From a virus: DNA of 64,000 bases. The position numbers were made by a program, and so were the translations under genes. Positions 1 through 10,678 of this stretch are shown piece after piece; the first letter of the stretch is position 1; each line of letters opens with the position of its first letter. The stretch covers positions 32,001 to 96,000 of IMG/VR virus record IMGVR_UViG_3300042013_000045, one strand, 5' to 3'. The notes under the pieces are model-generated. The model did not search any database. It was not told the DNA's origin and saw only the letters and a list, made by a program, of their open reading frames with translations.

Positions 1-1
1 T

Positions 2-211
2 GATCTTGGGGGGTAACGGTTCGCTGTGGCCAATGTGCGGTTTTCGAGTGAATGCGCCGCAGCGCTGCTTGCCCGACTCTATCTCCAAGGAGTAGTTGAA
101 GGACCGGTTGTCTGTGTATTGAATGATGGCACATGAGCCAAGCGAGATCAAAACCAGAACCGTTGCCAATACCTTGGCGGATGCTGTCATATCCCTGAAT
201 GTCATCTGCAT
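2..211 (-). CDS. Lipoprotein, candidate o-spanin (3' end runs off window)
   Basis: Hand translation MQMTFRDMTASAKVLATVLVLISLGSCAIIQY... shows a hydrophobic signal with lipobox LGS|C; starts 4 nt after the stop of 216..671. Confidence 0.55.
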   Translation of the reverse strand, partial: MQMTFRDMTASAKVLATVLVLISLGSCAIIQYTDNRSFNYSLEIESGKQRCGAFTRKPHIGHSEPLPPKI

Positions 212-215
212 TACC

Positions 216-671
216 TTATTGTGGATTTAGCCGTTTCCATCGTTCTACGAAAGCTGCTGATGGAGGGCGTGTGGTTGGGGTCGGGTCTGGCTTAGGCTTA
301 CCCGGATCTGGTGTCTTCTGGATTGCGGCTCCAGTTGACTGACGTTTGTTTGGCTCGTCCTTAAGCGCAAGATACTTATCTCGCCACCAATCGATGTTGT
401 CCTTCTGTTCTGCCGCGTGGGCTGTCATGTCCGTGAGTTGCGAATTAACGTGGTTATACTTCTGTTCTGAGACTGCCAGCTGGGACTCTTGGTCCTTCAC
501 GATGATGTATAAGTTGACGAAAAGCACAGTCATCACGGTAAAGCCAATCGACACCAGGATAAATGACAAATTCTCACGAACAAACTGTCTGAAGGTCCTG
601 TCCCTTAGCCACATTTCCTTAACAAAGAGAAACAAAGCGTGAAACAGCTTCATCAATGAGAGAAGCGTCAT
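216..671 (-). CDS. Membrane protein, candidate i-spanin
   Basis: TM segment (FILVSIGFTVMTVLFVNLYIIV), then coiled-coil-like region and Pro-rich tail; directly upstream of a lipoprotein gene. Confidence 0.5.
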   Translation of the reverse strand: MTLLSLMKLFHALFLFVKEMWLRDRTFRQFVRENLSFILVSIGFTVMTVLFVNLYIIVKDQESQLAVSEQKYNHVNSQLTDMTAHAAEQKDNIDWWRDKYLALKDEPNKRQSTGAAIQKTPDPGKPKPDPTPTTRPPSAAFVERWKRLNPQ

Positions 672-754
672 CGGTTTCCTTAAAATGTTATGACTGGTTT
701 AGTTATTTTTAACGATTGTCATAGATTAGGTGGCGATCAATCCCGGAGAAACCA

Positions 755-2116
755 ATGTACGAGTTAAAGGCATTCGCCCATATCGGGGCGCTGGTTGATA
801 ACAACAGGGCAGTCGTCGCACCGATTGGTGAGCTGGCTCCAAACGCTATCACGTATTCCCGTGAAAAGGAGTACTACAGTACCGCAACAGCACCGGGCCA
901 GGGCCTTGTAGTCTTTTCCTCGAAACGTGACGGTGTGCCAGAGAAGACCAGTTCGGTCTTGGCTGAATCGCTGATCAACGTCTCGAAGTGGGCTTACGCT
1001 CAAGCACTGTCCGGTAGCTTCACCTCCAACCCTGAATCGTTCCGTACCCGCTTCATTGTAGAGTTTGGTCAGACCTACAGCTTGTACGCCACAGGTACCA
1101 TGGTTAAGGCGTCTGACAACGTCTACATGCCGAGCTACATCGAAGTCCGTGACGTCGTCGATGACGACCTGCGCTACCGTGTCTGGTACGCCTCGGAAGC
1201 CTTCGAGCAACAGTACGACGAATACGAGATCAAGGTCGTTGGTCCGATCGACGAACTCGACGTATTCTTCCAAGGTTCTGTGACCGTGGCAGAAGCGCTT
1301 GTCGCTCGTACGCAGGACGTGACGTTCGAACAAGTCCAAGCGGTCAAGGGCGGCTATCCTGAGACCTACGTGCGCAGTGAGATGTTCGAGTGGTACGACC
1401 CGAACAACGCCGCTATCGAAGCGCGTAAGCCGACTTACTGGAACGTCGTGATCTACGGTGTCGCCGGTAACAACATCGACGCCATCAAGGAAGCGCTGCG
1501 TGAGTACATCCTCTCGCACAGTACGCACACCAAGGACGAGTGGGCGGTCATCTTCCCGGAGATCTTCACGGCCACTGAGTTCATCTTCGTTCCGCTCTAT
1601 GGCTACCCATCTATCACCAACAAGATCCTCACCACTGGTCTGCTGAGCTCCATCACCAAGATGAAGAACGGCATGGCAGAGCTGAAGCGTCTGACTCGTG
1701 GTGAAGGCTATACTGACGAGTGGTTGGAAGAGCACGGCGAAATCGTGGGCATCAGTCACAAGGCTGCTAACGCTGCTGTGATCGGTGGTCCGAAGAACCG
1801 TGACGGCGTCGTCGAACTGTACATGCGTTACCCGGACTACATCAACGTGTTGTCCACGGGTAACGACTTCATGCGTATGAAGCCTGAGACCCGTCGCTTC
1901 GTGTTGGCTATGGAAGACATGTTCCGTACCGCCGATGACATGACTCCGGATTCGTCCATCCCTGTGAAGTTCTCTCGGATGACACGCGATGGTGTGCTGT
2001 ACCTTGTGCAGACCGTGGACAAGTTCCAGATGCTGGTCGTAAGCCGTTACTCCTATGAAGACGCTGGTATTGGTCTGCCTAGTGATGTCAACGAGCCACA
2101 GATTCCACCGATCTAA
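755..2116 (+). CDS. Probable virion structural protein (phiKZ-like)
   Basis: 453-aa ORF with GGAGA RBS and typical codon bias; function inferred from context only. Confidence 0.5.
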   Translation: MYELKAFAHIGALVDNNRAVVAPIGELAPNAITYSREKEYYSTATAPGQGLVVFSSKRDGVPEKTSSVLAESLINVSKWAYAQALSGSFTSNPESFRTRFIVEFGQTYSLYATGTMVKASDNVYMPSYIEVRDVVDDDLRYRVWYASEAFEQQYDEYEIKVVGPIDELDVFFQGSVTVAEALVARTQDVTFEQVQAVKGGYPETYVRSEMFEWYDPNNAAIEARKPTYWNVVIYGVAGNNIDAIKEALREYILSHSTHTKDEWAVIFPEIFTATEFIFVPLYGYPSITNKILTTGLLSSITKMKNGMAELKRLTRGEGYTDEWLEEHGEIVGISHKAANAAVIGGPKNRDGVVELYMRYPDYINVLSTGNDFMRMKPETRRFVLAMEDMFRTADDMTPDSSIPVKFSRMTRDGVLYLVQTVDKFQMLVVSRYSYEDAGIGLPSDVNEPQIPPI

Positions 2117-2168
2117 AGAGACGGCATAGAGCCCCGAGCGTAATGCTCGGGGCTCTATGCCGTCTCTT
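2116..2168. terminator. 24-bp perfect inverted repeat between convergent genes
   Basis: aagagacggcatagagccccgagc-gtaat-gctcggggctctatgccgtctctt. Confidence 0.8.
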
Positions 2169-2667
2169 AGCGCAGGACTGCGTTGAAGTGTATGGCCATC
2201 GTGATGTGGGTCGGATCGCTTTTCTGGTTCGGTGCGCCGGACTCGTCGATCGATGCGCCGATGATCAAGGCTTCAGTCAATAACCAATGGCCGATCAGGA
2301 CGTCAGCCATGTACTGGTTCATTTGACCAGAGATCACACCTTGACTGCTCAAAGCATTCTCGAGCGTGCCCTTACGGTTGGTCTCTTCGATGAACTCTTT
2401 GATGTCGACGTACAGTGTAGCCAGCCCGGTAGGACCAGCGAGATCGCCAGCGTGTACCGGATAGGTGAAGGTGATGCTCCAGCCTTCACGCCCTGGTTCT
2501 TGCAGTGTGGAGTTCGCGTCCGGGAACGAGACCTCAGGGTTACTTGGGGTGTAGAAGCTGATTTCAGGGCTACCGGACAACAAACGCTTGACGAGTGCGT
2601 GCTGTTTGGCGTTTGACCCAACCTGATCCAGTTCATCGAGAACGAACACTTGTTTAACGAGGCTCAT
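2167..2667 (-). CDS. Hypothetical protein
   Basis: 166-aa ORF with ATGA overlap to the upstream gene. Confidence 0.7.
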   Translation of the reverse strand: MSLVKQVFVLDELDQVGSNAKQHALVKRLLSGSPEISFYTPSNPEVSFPDANSTLQEPGREGWSITFTYPVHAGDLAGPTGLATLYVDIKEFIEETNRKGTLENALSSQGVISGQMNQYMADVLIGHWLLTEALIIGASIDESGAPNQKSDPTHITMAIHFNAVLR

Positions 2668-3104
2668 GAAAGTCTTTCTCCTTTGACATCTTTGATACGT
2701 GGGGATGACTGGCCTGCACCCGGCATGGGTACCGCACCGGCGTATGGATCTACTTCTACTTTCGGTTGCTCGAACTTCAAGTAGCCAGGCATGGAACGAC
2801 CCAACAACTTCTCGATACCTTCACGACCCATTACCTTGGCCACTTCAACGAAAGGACAGACAACATCAGACGATCTAGTGCTGATACACAGGCCGTGCTT
2901 CTCCCAGTACTCCCAGGGTGGTGTGACGATGCTGCCGTGGTAATGAGGGACGAACTCTTTATTGAAGAGGTGGCTGGCTTTATCCAAGTCGCACCACTTC
3001 TGTTCATCAGGGATCTGTGAACTGGTTCCCGTACAGCCAATGACGAATGACCACGTCGTCGGTTTAAGCAGGTTGAAGTGCCACTGGATCTCTTGGGGCG
3101 TCAT
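2664..3104 (-). CDS. Hypothetical protein
   Basis: 146-aa ORF with GAGG RBS, downstream of the SbcC-like gene. Confidence 0.7.
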   Translation of the reverse strand: MTPQEIQWHFNLLKPTTWSFVIGCTGTSSQIPDEQKWCDLDKASHLFNKEFVPHYHGSIVTPPWEYWEKHGLCISTRSSDVVCPFVEVAKVMGREGIEKLLGRSMPGYLKFEQPKVEVDPYAGAVPMPGAGQSSPRIKDVKGERLS

Positions 3105-3115
3105 TGCTCACCTCG

Positions 3116-5587
3116 TTACGTGATCACCACGTGTTCATTGTAGACGCGCTTGAGCGTGACGTGAGAGTCATCGATCACCGCAATCTGGCTATTGGGGAAA
3201 CTGTTCTGACCTTCAAAGTCATGACTGATGTAGAAGATCTGCGAGAACCGCTCATCGTCAATCAGTTCCTTCATAGTCATGATCAGATTGTGGGCATGGA
3301 CCTGATCGAAGGCACGGGCAGGTTCATCAAGGTACAACGGATAGCCATCGAGGTTCATGAACTTGTACACGACTAACCGGAACGCTTGGTTAATGATGTC
3401 CAGGATGCTGTCTGAGCCGAGACTGATGTCAGGGATCATGTTCTCTTGGTTATGGATGTACATCGGGAACTTGTAGTCCAGTTCGCCCTCTTCCAAGTTG
3501 ATATTGTCCAGCGCAAGGTTGTAACCCCACACCGAAGCGATCACTTCGTTGATCTTGGCAATGAACGTGTTGATGAAAACCAGGATCTGCTCGGCAATGA
3601 GGCCATCCTTCGGAGAAAGCATCTTCTCCAAGATCCGCAGCGAGACTTCTTCGTTCTTTGCCTCTTCCAACGTCTTGGTGATGTCCTTCACGATCCCTGC
3701 CTGCATCTCTGCTTCGGTCAGGGAGGTTTCCAACATAGCCAAGGACACTTGGTACTTCTTAACGAGGCTGGTGATCTCTTCATTGAAGGTGAAGTCGATC
3801 ATCCGGGTGAACTGGCTCTCTTGCTGACCTTGCATGTCCAACAACTCACCTTGCAGTGTGTCGAAGTTGATGCGATCGCGGTAGTAACGCTCCACAACGT
3901 TCAACTGACGCTGTGTGACGTTGATGTTACCTTGGATGGTACTGATCCGGTTGGTCAGCGTGGTGTGTAACTCACGCAGACTGCCCGACTTGTCCATCTT
4001 CTCGATCTGGTTGAGCTTTTCAACCAAAGGCAGCAGTTCATACGTCAGTTGACCGATACGCATGGCCTTCTCAGAGTCCCGAACGTAGTCACGGCAGACA
4101 GGAATCAGCTCACGGCCACGAACAACGCCCCCATTCTCAATGAACAGGTTCCACAACCCAGCCAACCACGGGTATTCGTTACGCAACTGATCGATCACGT
4201 ACAGTTTGTCAGTCGCACCCTTCGCTTCTGTCAGGTAACCACGCACGTTAGCCATTTTGGCTTCCATGTTGGTCTTGAACATCTGACCTTTGCGCAGTGT
4301 TTCACGCAGATCGGTCTCTTCGTTCGCATTGACGCCTTCTTTGAACGTGTGTCCGCAGTTAGGACAGCCAATGTCGTGACAGTTAGCGATGTGATTGAGC
4401 CGGTACTCGACTTCACTGATCCGGCTAGTACCTTGAGCGTAAGTATCCTGATAACCCTGAAGCTCCTGCTGACGCTTGTAGACCTCGTCACGACTATAAG
4501 TCTCAGACAGGCCAGGCATCACGTCGTGCAGGGCTGTCATGACCTCATCAACGGCGCTCAGCTGCTGTGGAGTCTTGGCAAACAGCTCATGGTCAAGGTT
4601 CGTGGTGAAAGAACCCCGCAGTTTCTCGATCTCTTGCTGCCGAGTGTCGATTTCCTGCTTGAGTTCCACAGGATCGACGTCATCGAGGATGCTGATCTCG
4701 TGCATCTGCTTGTCAACCAACTGATGCTGCTCAGAAACCTCATGCAGTGCAGCCGTCAGAGCCCGTAACTCACCTTTGAGGTGGTCAACTTGCTCGGAGA
4801 CCTCATGCATCGACTGCCCAGTGACCTGCTTAGGCGGCTTCAGGTCGATGGCCAGCATCTGATCCACCGTGGATTCGATACGACCGTTCAAATAACTGAT
4901 GCCATCACGGATCGAGTCGTAACTGGTCTTGGCTAACTCCATGTCCAACTGGGTATACAACTCAGACAGACGATCACGCATCTCCAAGGACTGCTTGTTG
5001 AGCTGGTCGATGTCTTTGTCGTCGAGTTTCTTCGCCACTTCGTTGACCAGACGGCCCGATTGGTGGTTGATGATCACGCCAGCAGCATGCAGACCCTTCT
5101 TGACACGCTGGTGCAGCTTGATCACGTAGTCGAAGTCAGAGGAAGACAGCTTGGTGATCCAGTCACGGCGCTGTTGAGGCCCCATGGAAGTGAACTTGAG
5201 CTGACCGGACAGGACGTCGTGCAGTTCTTGGTTCATCTGGAAGTGTTGTTTGATCAATTCTTTCTGCGTAGCCCCGGTGAACCCTTCATTGAGGTTCTCA
5301 CCGTCGACAATGAACCAATGCTCAGGTGACTTACCGGTAAAGATGGTACGCAACTCGTACTCATGGCCGTTACCGATGCAGTGAAGGATCTTGTAACCGT
5401 CCTTGAGGAAGTCACTGGCTTGCGGTGCTACTACTGTGAAGCCAATTCGCAACAGGCTGGACTTACCAGACCCGTTTGTCCCCAGTACAATTTGAGTTTT
5501 CATCGATGGATTGATCTCAAGGGTTTCAATTCCCTTGACATGGAATCTCTTACAACGATGAAGAACGAGCTTTGTTATGAATAGCAT
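3116..5587 (-). CDS. sbcC: SbcC/Rad50-like SMC ATPase
   Basis: Walker A GTNGSGKS, long coiled coils, central CPNC zinc hook, signature-like SLGS, Walker B YLDE, H-loop ISH; start reassigned to MLFITK at 5587. Confidence 0.85.
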   Translation of the reverse strand: MLFITKLVLHRCKRFHVKGIETLEINPSMKTQIVLGTNGSGKSSLLRIGFTVVAPQASDFLKDGYKILHCIGNGHEYELRTIFTGKSPEHWFIVDGENLNEGFTGATQKELIKQHFQMNQELHDVLSGQLKFTSMGPQQRRDWITKLSSSDFDYVIKLHQRVKKGLHAAGVIINHQSGRLVNEVAKKLDDKDIDQLNKQSLEMRDRLSELYTQLDMELAKTSYDSIRDGISYLNGRIESTVDQMLAIDLKPPKQVTGQSMHEVSEQVDHLKGELRALTAALHEVSEQHQLVDKQMHEISILDDVDPVELKQEIDTRQQEIEKLRGSFTTNLDHELFAKTPQQLSAVDEVMTALHDVMPGLSETYSRDEVYKRQQELQGYQDTYAQGTSRISEVEYRLNHIANCHDIGCPNCGHTFKEGVNANEETDLRETLRKGQMFKTNMEAKMANVRGYLTEAKGATDKLYVIDQLRNEYPWLAGLWNLFIENGGVVRGRELIPVCRDYVRDSEKAMRIGQLTYELLPLVEKLNQIEKMDKSGSLRELHTTLTNRISTIQGNINVTQRQLNVVERYYRDRINFDTLQGELLDMQGQQESQFTRMIDFTFNEEITSLVKKYQVSLAMLETSLTEAEMQAGIVKDITKTLEEAKNEEVSLRILEKMLSPKDGLIAEQILVFINTFIAKINEVIASVWGYNLALDNINLEEGELDYKFPMYIHNQENMIPDISLGSDSILDIINQAFRLVVYKFMNLDGYPLYLDEPARAFDQVHAHNLIMTMKELIDDERFSQIFYISHDFEGQNSFPNSQIAVIDDSHVTLKRVYNEHVVIT

Positions 5588-5653
5588 TATTAAGACGCCT
5601 TCGTAAATCCTAAATAATAGGTAGACCGCGTTATCTTTAACAAAGGGTGGTTT

Positions 5654-6496
5654 ATGGCAGATGAATCGAGCACTCCGTTTGACAATGGAGCCAGTCAGTT
5701 CCGTTGTGTAGCCCTTGGAGTGGCTGCGGAGAACAAGGCACTCAAGAGCAACATGCTCCAAGTCTCCCCGATCGAGAAACTCTCGTTCACTGACGGTGAG
5801 ATCACGCCCAAAGTTGACACGGTTGAGTACAACGGGCAGGACAGTGCAGGTAACCAGGTCAGTGGTAACGCGTTTGTGGGTGGGACGATCAATGCCACAT
5901 GGCTGCCTGACTCCAACCGCAGGACTCCTCCGGACATTCGGCGTTCCATGCGGATCTCCCTGTGGCAGTTTGCAGGCAACGATAAGTGGTACTGGCGGGA
6001 CATGGGTCTGGACAGCGACCAACTGCGCCTAGAGACCGTTGTGTGGGTCTTCAGCGCTGATCCTGGTGCTCCGATCGCAGACGACTTGAACAACTGCTAC
6101 TTCCTTGAGATCTCTGCACACAACAAGACGGTCACTTTCTCCACCTCGATGGCCAATGGCGAGTTCTGCACGTACGACACGCAGTACGATCTGGCCAATG
6201 GGAAGATCGTGACACAGGACAACTTGGGTAACAGCACGTTGTTCGACAGCAAGAACACCAACTTGCGCATGGTCAATGCTAACGGCACCTTCATTGAGTT
6301 GAACAAACAGGACATCAATGCCAAAGCCCCGATGAACATCAACGCTGAAGCTGGGCGTGATGTGAACATCAAGGCGGGGAACAACCTCAACGTGAAAGCA
6401 GGGGTCATGGCGGTCATTGATGGCGGTGGTTCTGTCCTCACATTGCAGGCTGGCGGCACAACCCTCAAGACACCGAAGTTCTCGGGAGTTAGTTAA
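5654..6496 (+). CDS. Baseplate central spike protein (gp5/gpV-like)
   Basis: C-terminal 8-residue beta-helix-like repeats (INAKAPMN-INAEAGRD-VNIKAGNN-LNVKAG); followed by a PAAR-like gene. Confidence 0.7.
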   Translation: MADESSTPFDNGASQFRCVALGVAAENKALKSNMLQVSPIEKLSFTDGEITPKVDTVEYNGQDSAGNQVSGNAFVGGTINATWLPDSNRRTPPDIRRSMRISLWQFAGNDKWYWRDMGLDSDQLRLETVVWVFSADPGAPIADDLNNCYFLEISAHNKTVTFSTSMANGEFCTYDTQYDLANGKIVTQDNLGNSTLFDSKNTNLRMVNANGTFIELNKQDINAKAPMNINAEAGRDVNIKAGNNLNVKAGVMAVIDGGGSVLTLQAGGTTLKTPKFSGVS

Positions 6497-6759
6497 TGGC
6501 ACTTGTATCCTTGATAGGCATCGACCAAGCAGGCGACACCATTGTCGGTCCGGGAAATCCCAACTGGACGTGGAACGGAGTACCGATCTCCATCGTAGGG
6601 GACACCATCAAACCCCACAAAGCGGGTCCACACATCGCAGCCAAGATTACAGTAGGCAGTCCATGGATGACCATTGAAGGGATTCCAGTCACACGCGCTG
6701 GCAGTGCTGCTTCGTGTGGAGACGTCGCCACTGGCTCTGCCCCAATGGACATTCCTTAG
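6496..6759 (+). CDS. PAAR-like spike tip protein
   Basis: 87 aa with NGVPISIVGD..PH...H and EGIPVTRAG...SCG motifs; TAATG coupling to the spike gene. Confidence 0.8.
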   Translation: MALVSLIGIDQAGDTIVGPGNPNWTWNGVPISIVGDTIKPHKAGPHIAAKITVGSPWMTIEGIPVTRAGSAASCGDVATGSAPMDIP

Positions 6760-6766
6760 CACGCGT

Positions 6767-6801
6767 CATAGAGCCCGGAGCATCACGCTCCGGGCTCTAT
6801 G
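6767..6801. terminator. Hairpin between convergent genes
   Basis: catagagcccggagc-atcac-gctccgggctctatg. Confidence 0.75.
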
Positions 6802-6804
6802 CTG

Positions 6805-8079
6805 TCACGGTGTCACAGGAGGCGGTACAATCGCAACCGATTCATTGCTCCACTGCACCAAGTCACCACGGTGATAACTCTGCGACCAGTCAGACTGACG
6901 GGCTTCAGTGGTCAAGAGACGATCCTCGTTCTCGATCTGTGTGAACACTCGGCGTTGCACCAAGTTGTTGTCGATACAAAGAACGAATACACCGTCTTCT
7001 TCAAAGCTCACGTACGAGGGCAACTTGCCCAGTTCAGTGCGCAGTGGGAACAACGGTTGTTCGTGCCAGTAGAAGCGCCCTGGAAGGGACGTGTTCTCGG
7101 TCTTGAAGTGTTTGACGGACAGGCCGGGGGTTTCGATCTCGATCAGGAACGACTGACTGAGGGTCAGCAGCTCTTTGATGCAGTCGTCGGAGTTGAACCC
7201 AATGCTGTCATAGATCGAAGGGTCATCGTCTTTCACGATATGGAAGCGTTCCATCGACGACATGTCAATCGTCCGACGCGATTCCATGTAACGTTCCCAA
7301 TACGGGATACGGTTCATGAGGACCTTGACCGATTTATCCCCGATCACCTTCAAGTCTTCAGTGACCATGTGCAGGTAACCACCGATGCTGATGGCCACCA
7401 CTTTACCCGTAGCGTCAAACGGTAGCTTAATGAAAGCCGAGTCGCTCAACTTACCCACAGGGTTCGGGTGGTAGATCATGTCCGCGGTGATCGTGTGCGT
7501 CTTGATCTTGCCAACGGATTCAAAGCTCAACAGGCCGAGGGTGGCGTTGTTACTCTTACGGAACGTGACGCCACCGTCTTTGATGTACAGACCATCTTGG
7601 TCGGCATCAACCCGGTGCATCAATCCATTGACCGTTGCCAACGCATGAGACTGTGAGGCGATGTAATCGGTCTTCTCACGGGTCAACCAGATGTCGGTCT
7701 TGTCAGCGTCGGTGGTGTCGTTGAACGGCGAGCCTAGGGCCACACAGAGCGTTGCAGAGAAACCTGCTTGCCATGGGTCGCGGGCCAAGACGTTCTTACG
7801 GATGATCTTCGGAATCCCGGATTGAGTCGGGAGTGCAGTGTTGGCGTTATCAGTTAACCATTCTGCCACGGTGGGGTCAGTTGCCAAGGTCACGATCAAC
7901 CGCTCTGCATCCTTCAGACGCAGAGTGATTGGTCCAGTGATGGCAAAGTGGGTGAGAACCAAGTAGGCCTCTTTATAGTCACGCAGCAGACTCTTTACCT
8001 TATACGAGGAGAGATCTTTTTCTTCGAAGGCGCTGCCACGAGCTCTGGACTTGAGCAGTCCTGCTGTTAATTGGTACAT
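6805..8079 (-). CDS. Probable virion structural protein
   Basis: 424-aa ORF with GGAGA RBS; function from context only. Confidence 0.5.
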   Translation of the reverse strand: MYQLTAGLLKSRARGSAFEEKDLSSYKVKSLLRDYKEAYLVLTHFAITGPITLRLKDAERLIVTLATDPTVAEWLTDNANTALPTQSGIPKIIRKNVLARDPWQAGFSATLCVALGSPFNDTTDADKTDIWLTREKTDYIASQSHALATVNGLMHRVDADQDGLYIKDGGVTFRKSNNATLGLLSFESVGKIKTHTITADMIYHPNPVGKLSDSAFIKLPFDATGKVVAISIGGYLHMVTEDLKVIGDKSVKVLMNRIPYWERYMESRRTIDMSSMERFHIVKDDDPSIYDSIGFNSDDCIKELLTLSQSFLIEIETPGLSVKHFKTENTSLPGRFYWHEQPLFPLRTELGKLPSYVSFEEDGVFVLCIDNNLVQRRVFTQIENEDRLLTTEARQSDWSQSYHRGDLVQWSNESVAIVPPPVTP

Positions 8080-8226
8080 TTATCGGTTCTCTCCCAATAA
8101 TGGTATGTTACTTGTTTAATAACCATATATTAAACAGCGATCTTTTTAAAAACTGATTCTGGAATCTGGGTGCATCGAGTCGGCTAAATCGCTACGAGAA
8201 GGTGAAACCGTAACGGAGAGTAATTC

Positions 8227-10602
8227 ATGAGTACTGTAATTCCAATCTACCCGTTCGACCCGGATGGTGATGCGGTCACGAACTTGGTGCACGAGCAACA
8301 GCCGCTGGAGTCCAATGGAGTCTTTGACAACTTCTACTTGATTCCACGTGCCGCACCGTTCTACGCAGGAAGCGTGCAGTTGGTTCTGTATCCAGGCGCC
8401 ATCCCGCTGATTGAAGGTAAGCACTACAACTTCGGTCACCACTTCAAGGATGCTTCGCATACCATTGGGCAGGCGATTTACGGCTCTATCACGTTCTATG
8501 ACCGTGACATGAAGGGCATCGTCGACATGACCTACCAGACCCTTGGTGGTGCATGGACTCTCGACGAGGCTACTATTCTCGAGATTCTCGAGAACGAAGT
8601 CCGTAACCCGCGCATCACGTCGTGGGAAACCATCGTTGAGTTGCCGTTCCAATTCCCGGTTGTCAACCACAAGTTCGACATTGAAGACTTCGTCGGCATG
8701 TCGGAAGTGACTACTGAACTGGCCGGTATCAAACAAGCCCTGGAAGACAAGGGCGGTGGCGCGATCGACGAGCACATTCAGAACAAGGCGAACCCGCACG
8801 AAGTGACCAAGACGCAAGTCGGTCTCGGTTTGGTGGACAACTTCCCGACAGCCTCTGTCGCTGAAGCCCAAGCGGCAACGCTCAACACCCGCTTTATGAC
8901 GCCTCTGCGTACCCGTCAAGCAATCGAGGCTGTCGCCTTGTCTGCCCTGACTGCGCACACCGGTGATCTGAACAACCCTCACCAAACCACCAAAGCCCAC
9001 GTCGGCCTCGGTCTGGTGCAGAACTACCAGCTGGCCTCTCAGGCTGAAGCTGAAGCTGCATCGAGCAACGCCCGTTACATGACTCCACTGCGAGTGCGTG
9101 AAGCGGTAGACGCTCTGGTAGGGACAGCGTTCACGGCTCACGTCGGTAACCTGAACAACCCGCACCAAGTGAACAAAGGCCACGTTGGTCTGGGCTCTGT
9201 CCAGAACTACGGTGTTGCGGCTCCAGCGGATGCGACCACCGGTACGTCCAACGTACTGTACATGACGCCTCTGCAAACCCGTAACGCGATTGCTGCGTTT
9301 GCCGGTAACAAGATTGACACTCACGCTGCTGACTTCAACAACCCACACGCGACTTCCAAGACGCACGTAGGTTTGGGGTTGGTACAGAACTTCGGCATCG
9401 CTACTGAAGCAGAAGCCCGTGATGCGACGTTGGCCACCAAGTACATGACGCCGCTGGGTGTCCGTCAGGCGATCAACGAACTGGTGGGTGATGCAGCCAT
9501 CGGTGAGCACGTTACCAACTTCAACAACCCTCACCAGGTCACGGCTGCTCAAGTCGGGGCTCCGTCGATTGCTGAGTTCAACAACGCTCTCGATCTCAAG
9601 CTGGACTCGGGTGATGCTGCGGCTAACGCCTTGGCTGTGTACGGCATGAACCAACCTGCTTTGCAGGCGTGGATCTATTCTCTGCCGTCGGGTAATGCTG
9701 ACAAGCTGGAGAACCGTTCGTTTGCTCAGGTCATGTCGGAAGTGCTGGCTGGTAAAGCGGCTGACTCCTTCCTGCTGAACGGCAAGACGTACGCTGACAT
9801 CTTGGAAGACATCGGTGATGCCACCGCGTCGAGCTCGATCCAGTACTCCATCCCTGATCTGCCTCTGGTAGTCGATGGGGCTAACGGTGAGATTGCTCCT
9901 CCTCCAAGCTGGTTGATGTTCGGTACGTTCAAGATCCCAGTCGGTTCTACCATCTGCGATCTGTCCCTGCACCTGACTGGGGGCCGTAACGATGAAGCAT
10001 TGATCGACGAGTTGCAGTCCAGCTGCTTCTTGAACGTCTCGGCGACCACCGAGTTCCCTGATGGCGGTGTGTTGACCATCGGTGTGAAGCACGCTCAGGT
10101 TCGTCACTTGAACAAAGTCGACAGTCCGATCACCCTCGCTTACCGTCCGGTGGGCAATGGTGCTAACGCTGCGGTCGAGCTGTGGATTCGTTCTGCCTCT
10201 ACCCGCACTCAGGTCACTGTCACTGAGTTGTCCTTGAACCGCTTCAACGTAGCAACGATGTCGTCGCCTGAGCTGTTGAGCGACTTGATCACCGTGCGTC
10301 CGGCGGGTGTGCTTGACTGTGAGGTCATCACTGACGGTAGCGCTGAGTTTGCTGCTGATAAAGCTGCACTCGCTGCGTTCATTGCTCGTCGTGATAACCC
10401 GCACGTGGTTACCAAAACCCAAGTCGGTTTGGGGAGTGTGCCTAACTACGCAGAGGCCACACAGGCTGAAGCCTTGGCTGGTACTGTCACCAACAAACTG
10501 ATGACGCCGAAGCTGACTAAGGATTCCATCGACGCCAGTAACGACGCGATCCTCACGGCGGTGACTGATACGCTGAACGAACTGATTCTGGACTTCAGCT
10601 AA
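8227..10602 (+). CDS. Tail fibre / baseplate-associated fibre with NPH repeats
   Basis: Six x7-NPH-x-(V/T)-x3-(Q/H)VG(LG) modules, the first five at ~61-aa period with (F/Y)MTP segments. Confidence 0.75.
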   Translation: MSTVIPIYPFDPDGDAVTNLVHEQQPLESNGVFDNFYLIPRAAPFYAGSVQLVLYPGAIPLIEGKHYNFGHHFKDASHTIGQAIYGSITFYDRDMKGIVDMTYQTLGGAWTLDEATILEILENEVRNPRITSWETIVELPFQFPVVNHKFDIEDFVGMSEVTTELAGIKQALEDKGGGAIDEHIQNKANPHEVTKTQVGLGLVDNFPTASVAEAQAATLNTRFMTPLRTRQAIEAVALSALTAHTGDLNNPHQTTKAHVGLGLVQNYQLASQAEAEAASSNARYMTPLRVREAVDALVGTAFTAHVGNLNNPHQVNKGHVGLGSVQNYGVAAPADATTGTSNVLYMTPLQTRNAIAAFAGNKIDTHAADFNNPHATSKTHVGLGLVQNFGIATEAEARDATLATKYMTPLGVRQAINELVGDAAIGEHVTNFNNPHQVTAAQVGAPSIAEFNNALDLKLDSGDAAANALAVYGMNQPALQAWIYSLPSGNADKLENRSFAQVMSEVLAGKAADSFLLNGKTYADILEDIGDATASSSIQYSIPDLPLVVDGANGEIAPPPSWLMFGTFKIPVGSTICDLSLHLTGGRNDEALIDELQSSCFLNVSATTEFPDGGVLTIGVKHAQVRHLNKVDSPITLAYRPVGNGANAAVELWIRSASTRTQVTVTELSLNRFNVATMSSPELLSDLITVRPAGVLDCEVITDGSAEFAADKAALAAFIARRDNPHVVTKTQVGLGSVPNYAEATQAEALAGTVTNKLMTPKLTKDSIDASNDAILTAVTDTLNELILDFS

Positions 10603-10610
10603 TAGTGCCA

Positions 10611-10649
10611 GGCTCACTGCATGTAACAGTGCAGTGAGTCTTTGTTTTT
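10611..10649 (+). terminator. Intrinsic terminator
   Basis: ggctcactgca/tgcagtgagtc stem followed by tttgttttt. Confidence 0.75.
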
Positions 10650-10678
10650 GACAGCTCAACCGACGATGGAGTCGTACA

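Noticed and set aside
5588-6022. 145-aa N-terminal extension of the SbcC-like ORF
   Set aside because: Overlaps the divergent spike gene; Walker A position fits a start at 5587
8100-8110. Isolated TATG boxes upstream of structural genes as late promoters
   Set aside because: A 4-mer is not distinguishable from chance without TSS data
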